64,000 nucleotides of DNA from Acidimicrobiia bacterium (GTDB lineage Bacteria > Actinomycetota > Acidimicrobiia > Spongiisociales > JAENVV01). A program made the translations under genes and the position numbers. Location: contig JBFKVA010000001.1 of NCBI GenBank assembly GCA_041635475.1, positions 64,794-128,793 on the forward strand, read 5' to 3'. Under the pieces are notes generated by a model. The model did not search any database and was not told the DNA's origin. It saw only the letters and a program-made list of their open reading frames with translations. Of this stretch, positions 49,473-60,186 are shown in pieces. Each line of letters begins with the position of its first letter. Within the stretch, counting starts at the first letter, position 1.

Positions 49473-50267
49473 TCAGCGACCGGCGGCGGCCATCGCCGCC
49501 GTGTAGCCGCCCACTTCGACGGCGGCGGCCGCGGCGTCGGGGGCCTCGAGGACGCGGCGCACGACGGCCGATCCCACGATGACACCGTCGGCGGTTCCCC
49601 GCAACGCCCCCACCTGCTCCGGGCGGCTGATCCCCACCCCCATGACGAGGGGGGCGTCGGTTCGAGCCCGGATCCGGTGGGCGAGCGCCACTCCCCGGTC
49701 GGTGGCGCCGGTTCGCTCCCCGGTCACCCCCAGGTCGTTGACCCCGTAGATGAAGGCCGGCCCACTGGCCGCGATCGCGTCGAGGCGGCGGTCATCGGTC
49801 GTCGGGGCTGCGAACAGAACCACCCCGAGGCCGTACCCCTCCAGGGCGGGCTTGAGCGGGAGGGCCTCCTCGAGGGGGATGTCGGCGATGATGACGCCAT
49901 CGGCCCCGGCGCCGGCCACGGCCCGCCCGAAGGCGTCGACCCCCTTGGCCAGCACCACGTTCACGTACGTCATGACGACGACCGGCTTGCCGGTCTCCGC
50001 CACGACGCCGGCCACCACATCCAGGGCACGGTCGAACGTCGTCCCAGCCCGAAGGGCCCGCCGCCCACCCTCCTGGATGACGGTGCCGTCCATGAGCGGA
50101 TCCGAGTAGGGGATCCCCACCTCGAATCCGTCGGCGGCCTCCATGGCGGCAAACAGGGCAACCGACTGCTCAGGCGTCGGGAGACCGGCGGTGAGGTAGG
50201 GCAAGAGCGCCAACCGCCCCTCGGCCCGGGTGGCGGCGAAGAGCGTGGCCAGGCGGTCGGCACTCAT
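49473..50267 (-). CDS. trpA: tryptophan synthase alpha chain
   Basis: [28 protein letters not shown].... Overlaps the trpB stop (ATGA). Confidence 0.9.
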   Translation of the reverse strand: MSADRLATLFAATRAEGRLALLPYLTAGLPTPEQSVALFAAMEAADGFEVGIPYSDPLMDGTVIQEGGRRALRAGTTFDRALDVVAGVVAETGKPVVVMTYVNVVLAKGVDAFGRAVAGAGADGVIIADIPLEEALPLKPALEGYGLGVVLFAAPTTDDRRLDAIAASGPAFIYGVNDLGVTGERTGATDRGVALAHRIRARTDAPLVMGVGISRPEQVGALRGTADGVIVGSAVVRRVLEAPDAAAAAVEVGGYTAAMAAAGR

Positions 50268-51427
50268 GGGTGCTCCAGGATCTGGGTGACGTCCTTGTCG
50301 CCTCGTCCGGAGAGGTTCACGAGCACGGTCTTGCCGGCAAGGTGCTCGGCGTGGTTGGCCACCCAGGCGATGGCGTGGGCCGACTCGAGCGCAGGGAGGA
50401 TCCCTTCGGTCCGGGCCAGCAGCTTCACACCCCCGAGGGCGTCCTCGTCGGTGACCGACTCGTAGCGGGCCAACCCGGCATCGGCCAGGTAGGCGTGCTC
50501 GGGACCCACGCCGGGGTAGTCGAGCCCGGCCGAGATCGAGTACGCCTCGAGCACCTGGCCATCGGCGTCCTGGAGCATGTACGTGTTGCTGCCGTGGAGC
50601 ACCCCGTGGCTCCCAGCGCCGATGGAGGCACCGTGGTGACCGGTGCCGATGCCGAGCCCGGCCGCCTCCACCCCCACGAGTTCGACCCCCGTGTCGAGGA
50701 ACGGGTGGAACATGCCGATGGCGTTGGACCCCCCACCGACGCAGGCGACGACGACGTCGGGAAGGACGTCCAGTTGCGCCAGGGACTCCTCGCCGATCAC
50801 CTTCTGGAACTCGCGCACGATCCAGGGGAACGGGTGGGGGCCGACCACCGACCCAATGACGTAGTGGGTGGTCTCGACGGTCGCCACCCAGTCCCGGAAC
50901 GCCGCCGACACGGCGTCCTTGAGGGTCCCGGCCCCGGTTGTCACCGGCTCGACGTGCGTTCCGAGCAGCCGCATGCGTTCGACGTTGAGGGCCTGGCGCT
51001 CCATGTCCTTGGTCCCCATGAACACGACGCATTCGAGTCCGAGGTAGGCGGCGGCGGTGGCGGTGGCCACCCCGTGCTGGCCGGCACCGGTCTCGGCGAT
51101 GACCCGGGGCTTGCCCATGCGCACGGCGAGCAGTCCCTGGCCGATCGCGTTGTTGATCTTGTGGGCCCCGGTGTGGGCAAGGTCCTCGCGCTTGAGGAGG
51201 ACCCGAACCCCCAATTCCTCCGAGAGTCGAGCGGCCGGGTGCAGCGGCGTCGGACGACCGACGTAGGTGGTGAGGATCTGCCGATACTCGGCGACGAACC
51301 CGGGGTCGGCCCATGCCTCCTCGAAGGCCTCCGCCAGGGCTGCCAGGGCGGGCATGAGGGTCTCCGGCGCGTAGATCCCTCCAAAGGTGCCGAAGCGGCC
51401 CCGGTCGTCGGGTCGGTCGAGTTTCAT
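50264..51427 (-). CDS. trpB: tryptophan synthase beta chain
   Basis: PLP motif [10 protein letters not shown]. Confidence 0.9.
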   Translation of the reverse strand: MKLDRPDDRGRFGTFGGIYAPETLMPALAALAEAFEEAWADPGFVAEYRQILTTYVGRPTPLHPAARLSEELGVRVLLKREDLAHTGAHKINNAIGQGLLAVRMGKPRVIAETGAGQHGVATATAAAYLGLECVVFMGTKDMERQALNVERMRLLGTHVEPVTTGAGTLKDAVSAAFRDWVATVETTHYVIGSVVGPHPFPWIVREFQKVIGEESLAQLDVLPDVVVACVGGGSNAIGMFHPFLDTGVELVGVEAAGLGIGTGHHGASIGAGSHGVLHGSNTYMLQDADGQVLEAYSISAGLDYPGVGPEHAYLADAGLARYESVTDEDALGGVKLLARTEGILPALESAHAIAWVANHAEHLAGKTVLVNLSGRGDKDVTQILEHP

Positions 51428-52011
51428 GCGGATTTGGCTCGTTCCACGAAGCGACGGATGAGGGAGGGGTCCTTGCGCCCCGGCTCGGATTCTACGCCCG
51501 AGGACACGTCAACCCCCCACGCCCCGGTGGCGGCCACGGCGGCGCCGACGGTGGCGGGAGTGAGGCCGCCGGCCAGGATGAACCGCCGATCGGCGCGGGG
51601 CACGACGGACCAGTCGAAGGGCCGGCCCGACCCGGGACGGTCGGCGTCGAGGAGCGGTGTGACACCGTCGGGAACCGAGGTCCAGTCCACCCCCTGGTTC
51701 GCCGGGATCGGGAGCAGGACCTGCACCCCGGCTCGGAGGGCGGCCGCCACGACACCGGCCTGGTGGTTGCCGTGGGGCTGGAGCGCCCCCACCCCGGTCC
51801 GGGCGACGAGGTCGGGGACGTCGACAGCATGCAGGTCGACGGTCACGAGCACTGCGAGGACGTTGGTCCGCTCGACGAGCGCGCGAGCCTCTGCGACCTC
51901 GAGACGGCGTACCGAGGGGGCCACCACGAACCCCACCGCGTCGGCTCCCGCCTCCTCGGCCGCCGCCACGTCTTCGACGGTGCGCAGCCCGCAGATCTTG
52001 ACCCAGGTCAC
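51424..52011 (-). CDS. trpF: phosphoribosylanthranilate isomerase
   Basis: [30 protein letters not shown].... Confidence 0.8.
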   Translation of the reverse strand: MTWVKICGLRTVEDVAAAEEAGADAVGFVVAPSVRRLEVAEARALVERTNVLAVLVTVDLHAVDVPDLVARTGVGALQPHGNHQAGVVAAALRAGVQVLLPIPANQGVDWTSVPDGVTPLLDADRPGSGRPFDWSVVPRADRRFILAGGLTPATVGAAVAATGAWGVDVSSGVESEPGRKDPSLIRRFVERAKSA

Positions 52012-52775
52012 GCGCCGGAGAACTCGGCGATGAGCGAGCCCGGGTCTGCTGACCGGACGAGCGCCTCACCGACGAGGACTGCGTCGTAGCCGGCGTCGCC
52101 CATCCGCTGGGCGTCCTCCGGGGACCAGATCCCCGACTCCGCCACCCGGGCATCACACCCGTCAAGGAGCGGTGCGATCGACTCGGCGACCGCCAGGTCG
52201 ACCTCGAAGGTGGCCAGGTCTCGGTTGTTGACCCCGATGATCCTCGCCCCGGCCTCGAGGGCGGCCCTCGCTTCGTCTGCCGAATGCACCTCCACGATGG
52301 CGTCGACGTGGGCGTTGTCCGCCACGTCGAGGAAGCGGCGCAACTCCCGAGGGGTGACGGCGGCGACGATGAGCAGCACCGCCGCCGCTCCCAGGGCGCG
52401 GGCCTCCCACACCTGGGCCTCGTCGACGGTGAAGTCCTTGCGCAGGATGGGCCGGCCGGTGGCGGCGGCCACCGCCTCCAGGTCGGCGTCACTGCCTCCG
52501 AAGTGGACCGGTTCGGTGAGCACGGAGATGGCCACCGCTCCCCCAGCCGTGTACCGACGGGCCTGGAGGGCCGGGTCCAGTCCGAGGTCGATGGCTCCCC
52601 GAGACGGCGAACGCCGCTTGACCTCGGCCACCACGCCCAGGCCCGGCCTGATGAGCGCATCGAGGAAGGAGCGGGGTCGCACCTGGCGCTCCGCCCGCTC
52701 ACGGACGGCCCGGGCATCGAGTCGGGCCGCCCGGGCCCGGGTGTCGGTGAGGATGGTGTCGAGGATGGAGGTCAC
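52008..52775 (-). CDS. trpC: indole-3-glycerol phosphate synthase
   Basis: VVAEVKRRSPSRG...ILRKDF motifs. Confidence 0.9.
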   Translation of the reverse strand: MTSILDTILTDTRARAARLDARAVRERAERQVRPRSFLDALIRPGLGVVAEVKRRSPSRGAIDLGLDPALQARRYTAGGAVAISVLTEPVHFGGSDADLEAVAAATGRPILRKDFTVDEAQVWEARALGAAAVLLIVAAVTPRELRRFLDVADNAHVDAIVEVHSADEARAALEAGARIIGVNNRDLATFEVDLAVAESIAPLLDGCDARVAESGIWSPEDAQRMGDAGYDAVLVGEALVRSADPGSLIAEFSGA

Positions 52776-52778
52776 GTG

Positions 52779-53606
52779 CTACTCCCCGAAATCGTAGACC
52801 GTCCCGGCCACCGCCCCACCTCCGGCGTGGATCGTGACCACCGATCCGCCGGCGATCTCCCGGCGGACGCTGGCGAGGCCGACCGTCCCCGCCGGGACGT
52901 CCGCCGCCGATGTGACCGTCGTCGTCCGACCTTCGGCCTCGATGGCGTCGCCCGCGGCGAAGCCCTCCGTCGACTCGACCAGCATGAGACGCTCGTTGAC
53001 GTGGCCCCGGGTGTCGATGCGGGCGACGAGTTCCTGGCCCAGGTAACAGCCCTTCGTGAAGGAGACGGCTTCCGGCACGAGGCCCGTCTCCTGGGGGATC
53101 GTTCGCTCATCGACGTCTCGACCGACGACGGGCTCACCTTGGCGGATTCGGTGCGCCTCGTACTCGTCGGCCGCCATCGGCGCGCCACCCGGGGGCGGCC
53201 CGATGACGATTGTCCGCTCCACGCCCAGCCGCGAAACGTCGGCGAGGAGCGACCCGTCGTCCCGAGCCCAGCGGCCGGGCGGCGCCCGGCGCTCCCCGAC
53301 GACGAGCCGGACCGGGTCGGTGGCGACCTCGAGTTCGGCCGCCACCCTGATCCGGAAGCGATTGAGCGCCGCCGCGACCTCCTCCACGATGGCGTGGTCA
53401 CACACCATGCCCACCTCGTCCTCACCGACGAGCAGCCACAGGACCGCCGTGAGCTTGCCCTGGGGCGTCAGTAGGAACGAACGCACGACGGAGCCGGCCG
53501 GCACCTCGAGGTCGGCGCTGAGGAGGCCTTGGAGGAACGTCACGGCATCCTGGCCCCGGCACCACGCCACGCCCCAGCCCGGGTCGGCCACGCGCGGCTC
53601 AGACAT
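52779..53606 (-). CDS. ygfZ: YgfZ/CAF17-family folate-binding protein (GcvT-like)
   Basis: Signature TKGCYLGQE. 275 aa. Confidence 0.75.
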   Translation of the reverse strand: MSEPRVADPGWGVAWCRGQDAVTFLQGLLSADLEVPAGSVVRSFLLTPQGKLTAVLWLLVGEDEVGMVCDHAIVEEVAAALNRFRIRVAAELEVATDPVRLVVGERRAPPGRWARDDGSLLADVSRLGVERTIVIGPPPGGAPMAADEYEAHRIRQGEPVVGRDVDERTIPQETGLVPEAVSFTKGCYLGQELVARIDTRGHVNERLMLVESTEGFAAGDAIEAEGRTTTVTSAADVPAGTVGLASVRREIAGGSVVTIHAGGGAVAGTVYDFGE

Positions 53607-55077
53607 CGGACGCCCTCTGGACGGCAGCGAGGGCAGCGGCAGCCTTGTTCATGGATTCCTCCCACTCGAGGGTTGGGTCCGAGTCGTACACGAGCCCGGC
53701 GCCGGCCTGGACCCAGGCCTTGCCGTTGGCCACGACCACCGTTCGCAGGCAGATCGCGGTGTCCACGTTGCCGGAGAAGTCGAGGTACCCGACAGCGCCG
53801 GCGTACGGTCCTCGGGACACCGGTTCCAGTTCGTCGATGATCTCCATCGCCCGCACCTTGGGTGCCCCACTCACCGTGCCGTGCGGGAACGTCGCCCGCA
53901 CCACGTCGACCGGGCCGATCCCGTCGCGGACGGTTCCGCTCACGCCGGACACGATGTGCACGACATGGGAGTAGCGCTCGATCACCATGAGTTCATCCAC
54001 GGTGACCGAGCCGAATTCGCAGACCCGCCCGAGATCGTTGCGGGCAAGGTCGACGAGCATGACGTGCTCGGCCCGCTCCTTGGGGTCGGCGAGCAGCTCG
54101 GCTTCGAGGGCCGCGTCCTGCTCGGGGGTCGCTCCCCGCGGACGCGTACCGGCGATTGGTCGCGAGTAGGCGATCCCGTCCCGCACCCTGGTCATGAGCT
54201 CGGGTGACGACCCGACCACCGACACCGCCTCGTCTCGTACGAAGAACAGGTACGGCGACGGGTTGATGTGGCGCAGGGCCCGGTACACGGCCAGGTCGGA
54301 TCCTGCGAAGTCCATACCGAGCCGCTGCGACAGCACCACCTGGAATGCGTCGCCGGCCCGCACGTAGCGCTTGGCCCGCTCGACGCCGTCCTCGAACGCT
54401 TCCTTCGACAGCGACGATGAGACCCCCACCATCGACGGCTGGGCTCGGCGGTCCAACGACCCGCGGAGCCGGTAGCGGTGCGTTTCGCCGAGGCGTTCGA
54501 CCGTCCGTTTGAGGCGGGCCACCGCCGCCCGGTACTGGGCGCCCGGGTCGGGACCGACCACGACGTTGCGCACCAGGACGATCTCCTGGCGGACGGCGTC
54601 GAGGGCCGCCAGCGAACCGACCATCTGCCACACCATGTCGGGAAGGCCCCTGTCATCCGGGGGTCGGTCCGGGAGGTGTTCGATGAACCGCACGCAGTCG
54701 TACCCGAGGTAGCCGACGAGTCCCGAGTGCAGTGGGGGGAGGTCCGGCAGGTTCGGTGACCGGAACGACGAGATGAGACGCTCGAGCACGGCCAGGGGGT
54801 CCCCGTCCCCCAGTGGCGGCGCGATGGATCCGTCTGCGCGGGTGACCCCACCGACGCTGCGCAGGGTGAACAGGTGATCCCAGCCGACGAAGCTCCACCT
54901 CGCCCACTGCTCACCGCCCACCAGCGACTCGAGGAGGAACCCGGGCTGGTCGCCCACGAGCTTTTCGAAGACACTCACCGGTGTCTCGCGATCCGCCATG
55001 ACCCGCGCGACGACAGGGACCACGTCGTGGTCCTCGGCGAGGGCTACGAACTCGTCGAGCGAGAGGTTCGGCTGCAT
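53599..55077 (-). CDS. trpE: anthranilate synthase component I
   Basis: Chorismate-binding motifs (...RGPYAGAVGYLDFSGNVDTAICLRT...). Confidence 0.9.
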   Translation of the reverse strand: MQPNLSLDEFVALAEDHDVVPVVARVMADRETPVSVFEKLVGDQPGFLLESLVGGEQWARWSFVGWDHLFTLRSVGGVTRADGSIAPPLGDGDPLAVLERLISSFRSPNLPDLPPLHSGLVGYLGYDCVRFIEHLPDRPPDDRGLPDMVWQMVGSLAALDAVRQEIVLVRNVVVGPDPGAQYRAAVARLKRTVERLGETHRYRLRGSLDRRAQPSMVGVSSSLSKEAFEDGVERAKRYVRAGDAFQVVLSQRLGMDFAGSDLAVYRALRHINPSPYLFFVRDEAVSVVGSSPELMTRVRDGIAYSRPIAGTRPRGATPEQDAALEAELLADPKERAEHVMLVDLARNDLGRVCEFGSVTVDELMVIERYSHVVHIVSGVSGTVRDGIGPVDVVRATFPHGTVSGAPKVRAMEIIDELEPVSRGPYAGAVGYLDFSGNVDTAICLRTVVVANGKAWVQAGAGLVYDSDPTLEWEESMNKAAAALAAVQRASDV

Positions 55078-55119
55078 CGTTCCATGAGGGTACCGAGGGC
55101 CGCCGTCGCGGGCGGCGGC

Positions 55120-55893
55120 TCAGACGACCGTGATCTCTTCGAGGCCGATCCGGATGAGGAGGTCGGAGAACCACCCGGAGATGAGACCGAGCTGCCCGGT
55201 GACCATGACGATGCCGAACGCGATGAGCAACGCGCCGGAGACGACGTTGATGGGTCGCAGCCACCGCTTGAGCCGGCGGAACAGACGGGCCATCCCCAGG
55301 CCGCTCAGCACGAACGGGATCCCGAGACCGAGCGAGAAGGCACCCAGGAGGACGACGCCGTTGCCGATCGAGCCGCTGGAGCCGGCCACCGCCAGGATCG
55401 CCGCCAGGATCGGCCCGACGCACGGGGTCCACCCGAATCCGAACGCGAAGCCCATGACCGCCGGGGTTGCCATGCCGAAGCGATCGGGGCGCATGTGGAG
55501 GCGACGCTCCCGCATGAGGTTCTGGAGCCACGGCAGGTTCCACACGGCGGTCACCAGGATGACGGCCCCGAAGACGATCACGAGCCAGCCGGCCCAGATC
55601 GACGCCCGCTGGAGCAGGGTTCCCAACGACCTCCCGACGCCGGCCGCCACCACCCCGAGGAGGATGAACACCACCGAGAACCCGGCCACGAAGAGCAGCG
55701 TGACCCGCAGCATCTTGCGGCGATCCGAAGCGCCCGACTCGAGGTCCGCCACCGAGTACCCCGACATGAGGCTGAGGTAGCCGGGGAGAAGCGGGAGCAC
55801 GCACGGCGAGACGAACGCGAACACACCGCCGAACAGGGCCACCGCCACACCTGCCAACAGACTTCCGTCGGTGATGAGTTGGGAGAGGTCCAT
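55120..55893 (-). CDS. ccdA: cytochrome c biogenesis protein CcdA (DsbD-family thiol:disulfide transporter)
   Basis: Cys in TM1 (FVSPCVLPLLPGY) and TM4 (GWTPCVGPIL). The N-terminal 121 aa of the listed ORF is discarded. Confidence 0.8.
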   Translation of the reverse strand: MDLSQLITDGSLLAGVAVALFGGVFAFVSPCVLPLLPGYLSLMSGYSVADLESGASDRRKMLRVTLLFVAGFSVVFILLGVVAAGVGRSLGTLLQRASIWAGWLVIVFGAVILVTAVWNLPWLQNLMRERRLHMRPDRFGMATPAVMGFAFGFGWTPCVGPILAAILAVAGSSGSIGNGVVLLGAFSLGLGIPFVLSGLGMARLFRRLKRWLRPINVVSGALLIAFGIVMVTGQLGLISGWFSDLLIRIGLEEITVV

Positions 55894-55963
55894 TGGTCCC
55901 CTTGAACCGGCCGGCACTGGTGTTTCTTCCCGGAACGGTAATAGCCTGCTCGACGAACCCCTC

Positions 55964-57184
55964 ATGCGCCGTCTCCTCTCCCCCATCCTCGATCTCGACC
56001 GCCCGGCCCGCCGGGCCCTCATCGCGTTCTGGGTGGTCGGCGTCGCCCAGGGCTTCGCCCAGTCGCATGCAACGAACACGCTCCCGTTCATCCGGCTGTC
56101 CCTCGGCCTGACCGAGGGCGAAATGGCCGGGGTCATGGCCCTCACCCGGGTCGGCGCGTTGGCGGCGGTGGTCATCTCGTTCCTCTCCGACCGCCGGGGG
56201 CGGCGGGGCATCTTCCTGTCGATGACCGGCCTCATGGTGGTGGCCTCGGGCGCCACCGGCTGGGTCGCCGACGCCGGTCATTTCACGATCGCCCAGGGGG
56301 TGATGCGGGGGGCAGCCACGACGGCGGGGGTGCTGGCCGTCGTCCTCCTCACCGAACTGCTTCCCGCCGGCAGCCGGGCGCTGGGGATGGGCATCTATGC
56401 GGCGGCGGCGTCGTTGGGAGCGGGCTCGAGCGTGCTCATGCTCCCGCTGGCCGAGGCCGAACCCGAGGGTTGGCGCATCCTCCTGCGGGCGTCACTCGTC
56501 GGCCTGATCGCCCTCCCCCTGGCGTTTCGGTGGATCCCCGAACCGGAGCGCGAAGCGGGCCGCCGCCGGTTCGCCATCTGGCGGCCCCTCGTCACCCCCT
56601 ACGCTGCGTACTTCTGGCCGCTGGCCGCCGCCTCCCTGCTGTTCGCGGCCTTCATGTCCACGCAGGTCACGTTCGCCTCCGAACGTCTCATCAACGACCT
56701 CGGGCATCCGGCCTCCGTCATCGTCCCCATCATGCTCGTCGGCGGAACCCTGGGGGGCGCCGGGTACTTCATCGGCGGTCACCTCGCCGACACCCTTGGT
56801 CGGCGCTCCGTCACGATGGGCGGCTTCGCCGTGGCCGCGGTGGGGGGCGTCGGCCTCTACTGGACCGAGGCAGTCCCTCTCCTGGCCACCTCCGTCTTCC
56901 TGGCGGCGCTGGGCACCTTTGCCGCGGCCCCCGCCACCGCCGCCCACCGCAACGAGCTGTTCCCGTCTCCCATCCGGGCCTCGGCCGTGTCCTGGTTGGC
57001 CGGCTTCACGGTGCTCGGCACGATCGGTGGCCTGTGGGTCGGCAACCGCATCATCGACACCGCCGGCCTCCCCACGACAATCCTGCTCCTGGGTGCGGGA
57101 GTGCTCATGGCGATCGCATTCACCGCCGCCCTTCCCGAGACCCGGATTCAGTCCGTCGAGACGGACGCTCCCGCCCTGGCGTAG
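55964..57184 (+). CDS. MFS transporter
   Basis: 12 TM segments. Motif LSDRRGRRG. Confidence 0.75.
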   Translation: MRRLLSPILDLDRPARRALIAFWVVGVAQGFAQSHATNTLPFIRLSLGLTEGEMAGVMALTRVGALAAVVISFLSDRRGRRGIFLSMTGLMVVASGATGWVADAGHFTIAQGVMRGAATTAGVLAVVLLTELLPAGSRALGMGIYAAAASLGAGSSVLMLPLAEAEPEGWRILLRASLVGLIALPLAFRWIPEPEREAGRRRFAIWRPLVTPYAAYFWPLAAASLLFAAFMSTQVTFASERLINDLGHPASVIVPIMLVGGTLGGAGYFIGGHLADTLGRRSVTMGGFAVAAVGGVGLYWTEAVPLLATSVFLAALGTFAAAPATAAHRNELFPSPIRASAVSWLAGFTVLGTIGGLWVGNRIIDTAGLPTTILLLGAGVLMAIAFTAALPETRIQSVETDAPALA

Positions 57185-58452
57185 GCAAGCGCCTGGGGAA
57201 CACCCCGCAGGACGATGAGCACCAGCATGGCGGCCCACACCTGGTGGATCCCCGCCCCGAACGGGAACGACGGCAGCGCGGCGAGGTAGAGCGTGGCCAC
57301 GATGGCCGCTGCCAGGGTCGTCACGGCCAGGAACCGGAACCGGCTCGCTCCGAGGTAGAGGCCGTCCCACACGAACACGAGGGCCCCCGGGACGAGGAGG
57401 ATCGCCACCCACTCGAGGAAGACCTGCGTCGCCGCGTTCGTGTCCCCCTCCGCCGCGAACACACCGGCCACCGCCCCTCGGGACAACCACAGGAGGGCCC
57501 CCAGGAGCACTCCCGTCACCGCCCCCCACACCAACAGCCTGCGACCGACGCGATCGGCACCGAGCCGGTCGCCGGCACCGAGCCGGACCGAGACCATCGC
57601 CTGGCCAGCGATCGCCAGCCCATCGATCGCCAACCCCAGTGTGAGGAACACCTGGGCTGCCACCTGGTGGGCGGCGATCACGGCGGCGCCCATCGCCGCC
57701 GCCACCCTCGCCGCGAACGTCAGCGTGAAGACGAGGGCGGCCGTCCGCACGACGAGATCCGCACCCACCGCCAGCAGGGCTCGAAGCTCGCCTGCGTCGA
57801 TCGGTCCGACGAGTCCGATCCCCTCCTTGCGGATGGCCCCGATGAACAGCGTTGCTCCGACCGCCTGGGCCGCCAATGACGCCCACGCCGCCCCTCCGAT
57901 CCCGAGGTCGAGGCCGAAGATGAGGAGGGGGTCGAGGACCAGGTTGACCGCGTTGAACCCCAGCGTGATGACGAGCGGCGTCCTCGTGTCCTGGAGCCCG
58001 CGGAACAGGCCGTGGCCGACCATGATCGTCATGACGGCCGGCCCGCCCCCGGCCCGGATCCGCAGGTAGCGAAGGGCGTCGGGCACGACTTCGTCCGGCG
58101 TCGCCATGAGCCGAAGCAGCGTGGGCGCCAGCACGATGATGAAGGTCGCCGTGGTCAGTCCGATGAGCCACCCGAGGAGGAGTGCGTGGCGTGTTCCCCG
58201 CTCGATGGCCGCGTGGTCGCCCCGGCCGCGGGCCCGGCCGATGAGCGGGGTGACGCCGTATTGCAGGAAGTTGAACGCCACGAACGCCAGCCCGAAGATC
58301 GCGGCGTCGATCCCCAGCGCTGCCAAGGGCACGGTGCCGAGCCGCGAGACGAAGCCCGTGTCGACGAGGCTGACAAGGGGGTCGGCCGCCAGCGCACCAA
58401 GGGCCGGGAGCGCAAGCCGCAGGATCTCCCGTCGTTCGTCTGTCGGGTTCAC
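57148..58452 (-). CDS. MATE family efflux transporter
   Basis: 12 TM segments, DinF/NorM-like. GTG start overlaps the nth stop (GTGA). Confidence 0.8.
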   Translation of the reverse strand: MNPTDERREILRLALPALGALAADPLVSLVDTGFVSRLGTVPLAALGIDAAIFGLAFVAFNFLQYGVTPLIGRARGRGDHAAIERGTRHALLLGWLIGLTTATFIIVLAPTLLRLMATPDEVVPDALRYLRIRAGGGPAVMTIMVGHGLFRGLQDTRTPLVITLGFNAVNLVLDPLLIFGLDLGIGGAAWASLAAQAVGATLFIGAIRKEGIGLVGPIDAGELRALLAVGADLVVRTAALVFTLTFAARVAAAMGAAVIAAHQVAAQVFLTLGLAIDGLAIAGQAMVSVRLGAGDRLGADRVGRRLLVWGAVTGVLLGALLWLSRGAVAGVFAAEGDTNAATQVFLEWVAILLVPGALVFVWDGLYLGASRFRFLAVTTLAAAIVATLYLAALPSFPFGAGIHQVWAAMLVLIVLRGVPQALAYARAGASVSTD

Positions 58453-59153
58453 GGCTTCCCCGGCCACGCACAGGAACGCCGCAGAGGGCACTCCCGGCAG
58501 CGAGGCGCGCGGGCGTCACACACGTCGCGTCCGAACTGGATGATCCGCATGGAGAGCTTGTTCCATGCGGGCCTCGGGACCAGGGCCCTGAGGTCCTTCT
58601 CGATCTTCACGGGGTCCGACTCCGAGGTGAGCCCGAGGCGGTTCGACACACGGTTCACGTGGGTGTCGACGGCAATCGCCGGGCGCCCGAACGCCTCGGC
58701 CAGGACCACCGAGGCGGTCTTCCTGCCGACGCCTGGGAGCGACACGAGGTCGTCCATGTCGGCCGGGACCACGCCGTCGTGGTGTTCCACGATGGCCGCC
58801 GCCAACCCGATGATCGACTTCGTCTTCTGCCGGTAGTACCCGGTGGAGTAGATGAGCCGCTCCACCTCCTCGGGGTTCGCCCCCGCCAGGTCCTCTGGGT
58901 CAGGGAACTGCGCGAACAGCCCGGGAGCGGCCCGATTGACGTTCTCATCGGTGGTCTGGGCCGACAGCACCGTCGACACGAGCAGTTCCCAGGGGTTCCG
59001 GTGGTCGAGGGCGGTGGAGATCTCCGGGTAGAGATCGGCCAGCTTGGCGGCGAGGCGACGGGCCCGGGCCTTTTCGGACCGAGTCGGGACGGACCCGTCG
59101 GCACGGGTGGGCGGCGGCATCCGGGGATCGTAGCCCTCCGGTGGTGTCGGCAC
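58449..59153 (-). CDS. nth: endonuclease III
   Basis: HhH-GPD motif LVSLPGVGRKTA. C-terminal 4Fe-4S Cys cluster CDARAPRCRECPLRRSC. Confidence 0.9.
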   Translation of the reverse strand: MPTPPEGYDPRMPPPTRADGSVPTRSEKARARRLAAKLADLYPEISTALDHRNPWELLVSTVLSAQTTDENVNRAAPGLFAQFPDPEDLAGANPEEVERLIYSTGYYRQKTKSIIGLAAAIVEHHDGVVPADMDDLVSLPGVGRKTASVVLAEAFGRPAIAVDTHVNRVSNRLGLTSESDPVKIEKDLRALVPRPAWNKLSMRIIQFGRDVCDARAPRCRECPLRRSCAWPGKP

Positions 59154-59177
59154 CGATGCTGGCTACGCTCCCGGACG

Positions 59178-59747
59178 ATGTCGGTCCTCCTCACCGCGCT
59201 CCGCACCGACGGCACCGTCACCGGCGGCTTCGTCAAGGTCGATCGGTTCCTCAACCATCGGGTTCGACCCGACGTCCTCGCCGAGGTCGGCGATCGCATC
59301 GCCGGTCTCCTCACTGCGTGGAACGTCGACGTCCTTCTCACGGCGGAGGCGTCGGGCATCCCACCGGCGACGGCCGCCTCGCTCGTGGCCGGTCTCCCGA
59401 TGGTGTACGCCAAGAAGTACCCCCGTGCCGGTCAACGCGACAGCCATGGCCGGGACGTGTCGTCGCCGACGAAAGGAGTCGAGTACCGGGTGGAGATAGC
59501 CCGCCACGTGCTCGATCCGGGTGCCCGGGTTGCCATCGTCGACGACTTCCTGTCGGGCGGCCGCACGGCCGCCGCCCTCGTCGAGTTGGCTCGAGAAGCA
59601 GGCTGTGAGGTCGTTGGCGCGGTGTTCGTGATCGAGAAGGCCTGGATGTCGGGACGCGCCCTGGTGGAAGCACTCGGCTGTCCGGTCCACGCCCTGGCCA
59701 CCGTCACGTCGATCGAGAACGGAGTGCTCGAGATTGCCGAAACCTGA
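59178..59747 (+). CDS. xpt: xanthine phosphoribosyltransferase
   Basis: FVKVDRFLNHRV... PRPP motif VAIVDDFLSGGRT. Confidence 0.8.
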   Translation: MSVLLTALRTDGTVTGGFVKVDRFLNHRVRPDVLAEVGDRIAGLLTAWNVDVLLTAEASGIPPATAASLVAGLPMVYAKKYPRAGQRDSHGRDVSSPTKGVEYRVEIARHVLDPGARVAIVDDFLSGGRTAAALVELAREAGCEVVGAVFVIEKAWMSGRALVEALGCPVHALATVTSIENGVLEIAET

Positions 59748-60186
59748 CGACGACCTCGTCGACCGGCTGCGGGCTTCGTTCGACGACCTGTGCTTCGCCT
59801 GCGGCCGGGACAACCACCTCGGCCTGGGCCTCGACGGCTTCGAGTACGACGGCGCCGAGGCGCGGGCCACCTTCCATCCCCGGCCGTTGCACCGTGGCCT
59901 GCTGAGCCGCCTCCACGGGGGCCTGTCGGCGACTGCGCTGGACGAGATCCTCGTGTGGGCCGGGATCCTTGCAGAGGGGGTCATGTCGGTGACCGGCACC
60001 CTCGCTCTGCGGTATCGCCGACCGGTGCCGGTCGCCGAACCGCTTCTCGTACGCGGACGAGTGGAGGAACGACGTGGCCGGCGCCTGTCCGTCTCCGGTT
60101 CGCTCGACGACGCCGGCGGACCCTGCGTCACGGCTACCGGCCTCTACCTCGTGACCGACTCCGTCGCCGACCTCCTCCAGCGATGA
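59734..60186 (+). CDS. hotdog-fold thioesterase (PaaI/DUF4442-like)
   Basis: 150 aa with HGGL motif region RLHGGLSATALDE. Confidence 0.6.
   Translation: MPKPDDDLVDRLRASFDDLCFACGRDNHLGLGLDGFEYDGAEARATFHPRPLHRGLLSRLHGGLSATALDEILVWAGILAEGVMSVTGTLALRYRRPVPVAEPLLVRGRVEERRGRRLSVSGSLDDAGGPCVTATGLYLVTDSVADLLQR

Noticed and set aside
55078-55119. possible trp attenuator/leader between ccdA and trpE
   Set aside because: Only 42 nt with a single 7-bp hairpin. No Trp-codon-rich leader peptide or alternative terminator/antiterminator can fit.
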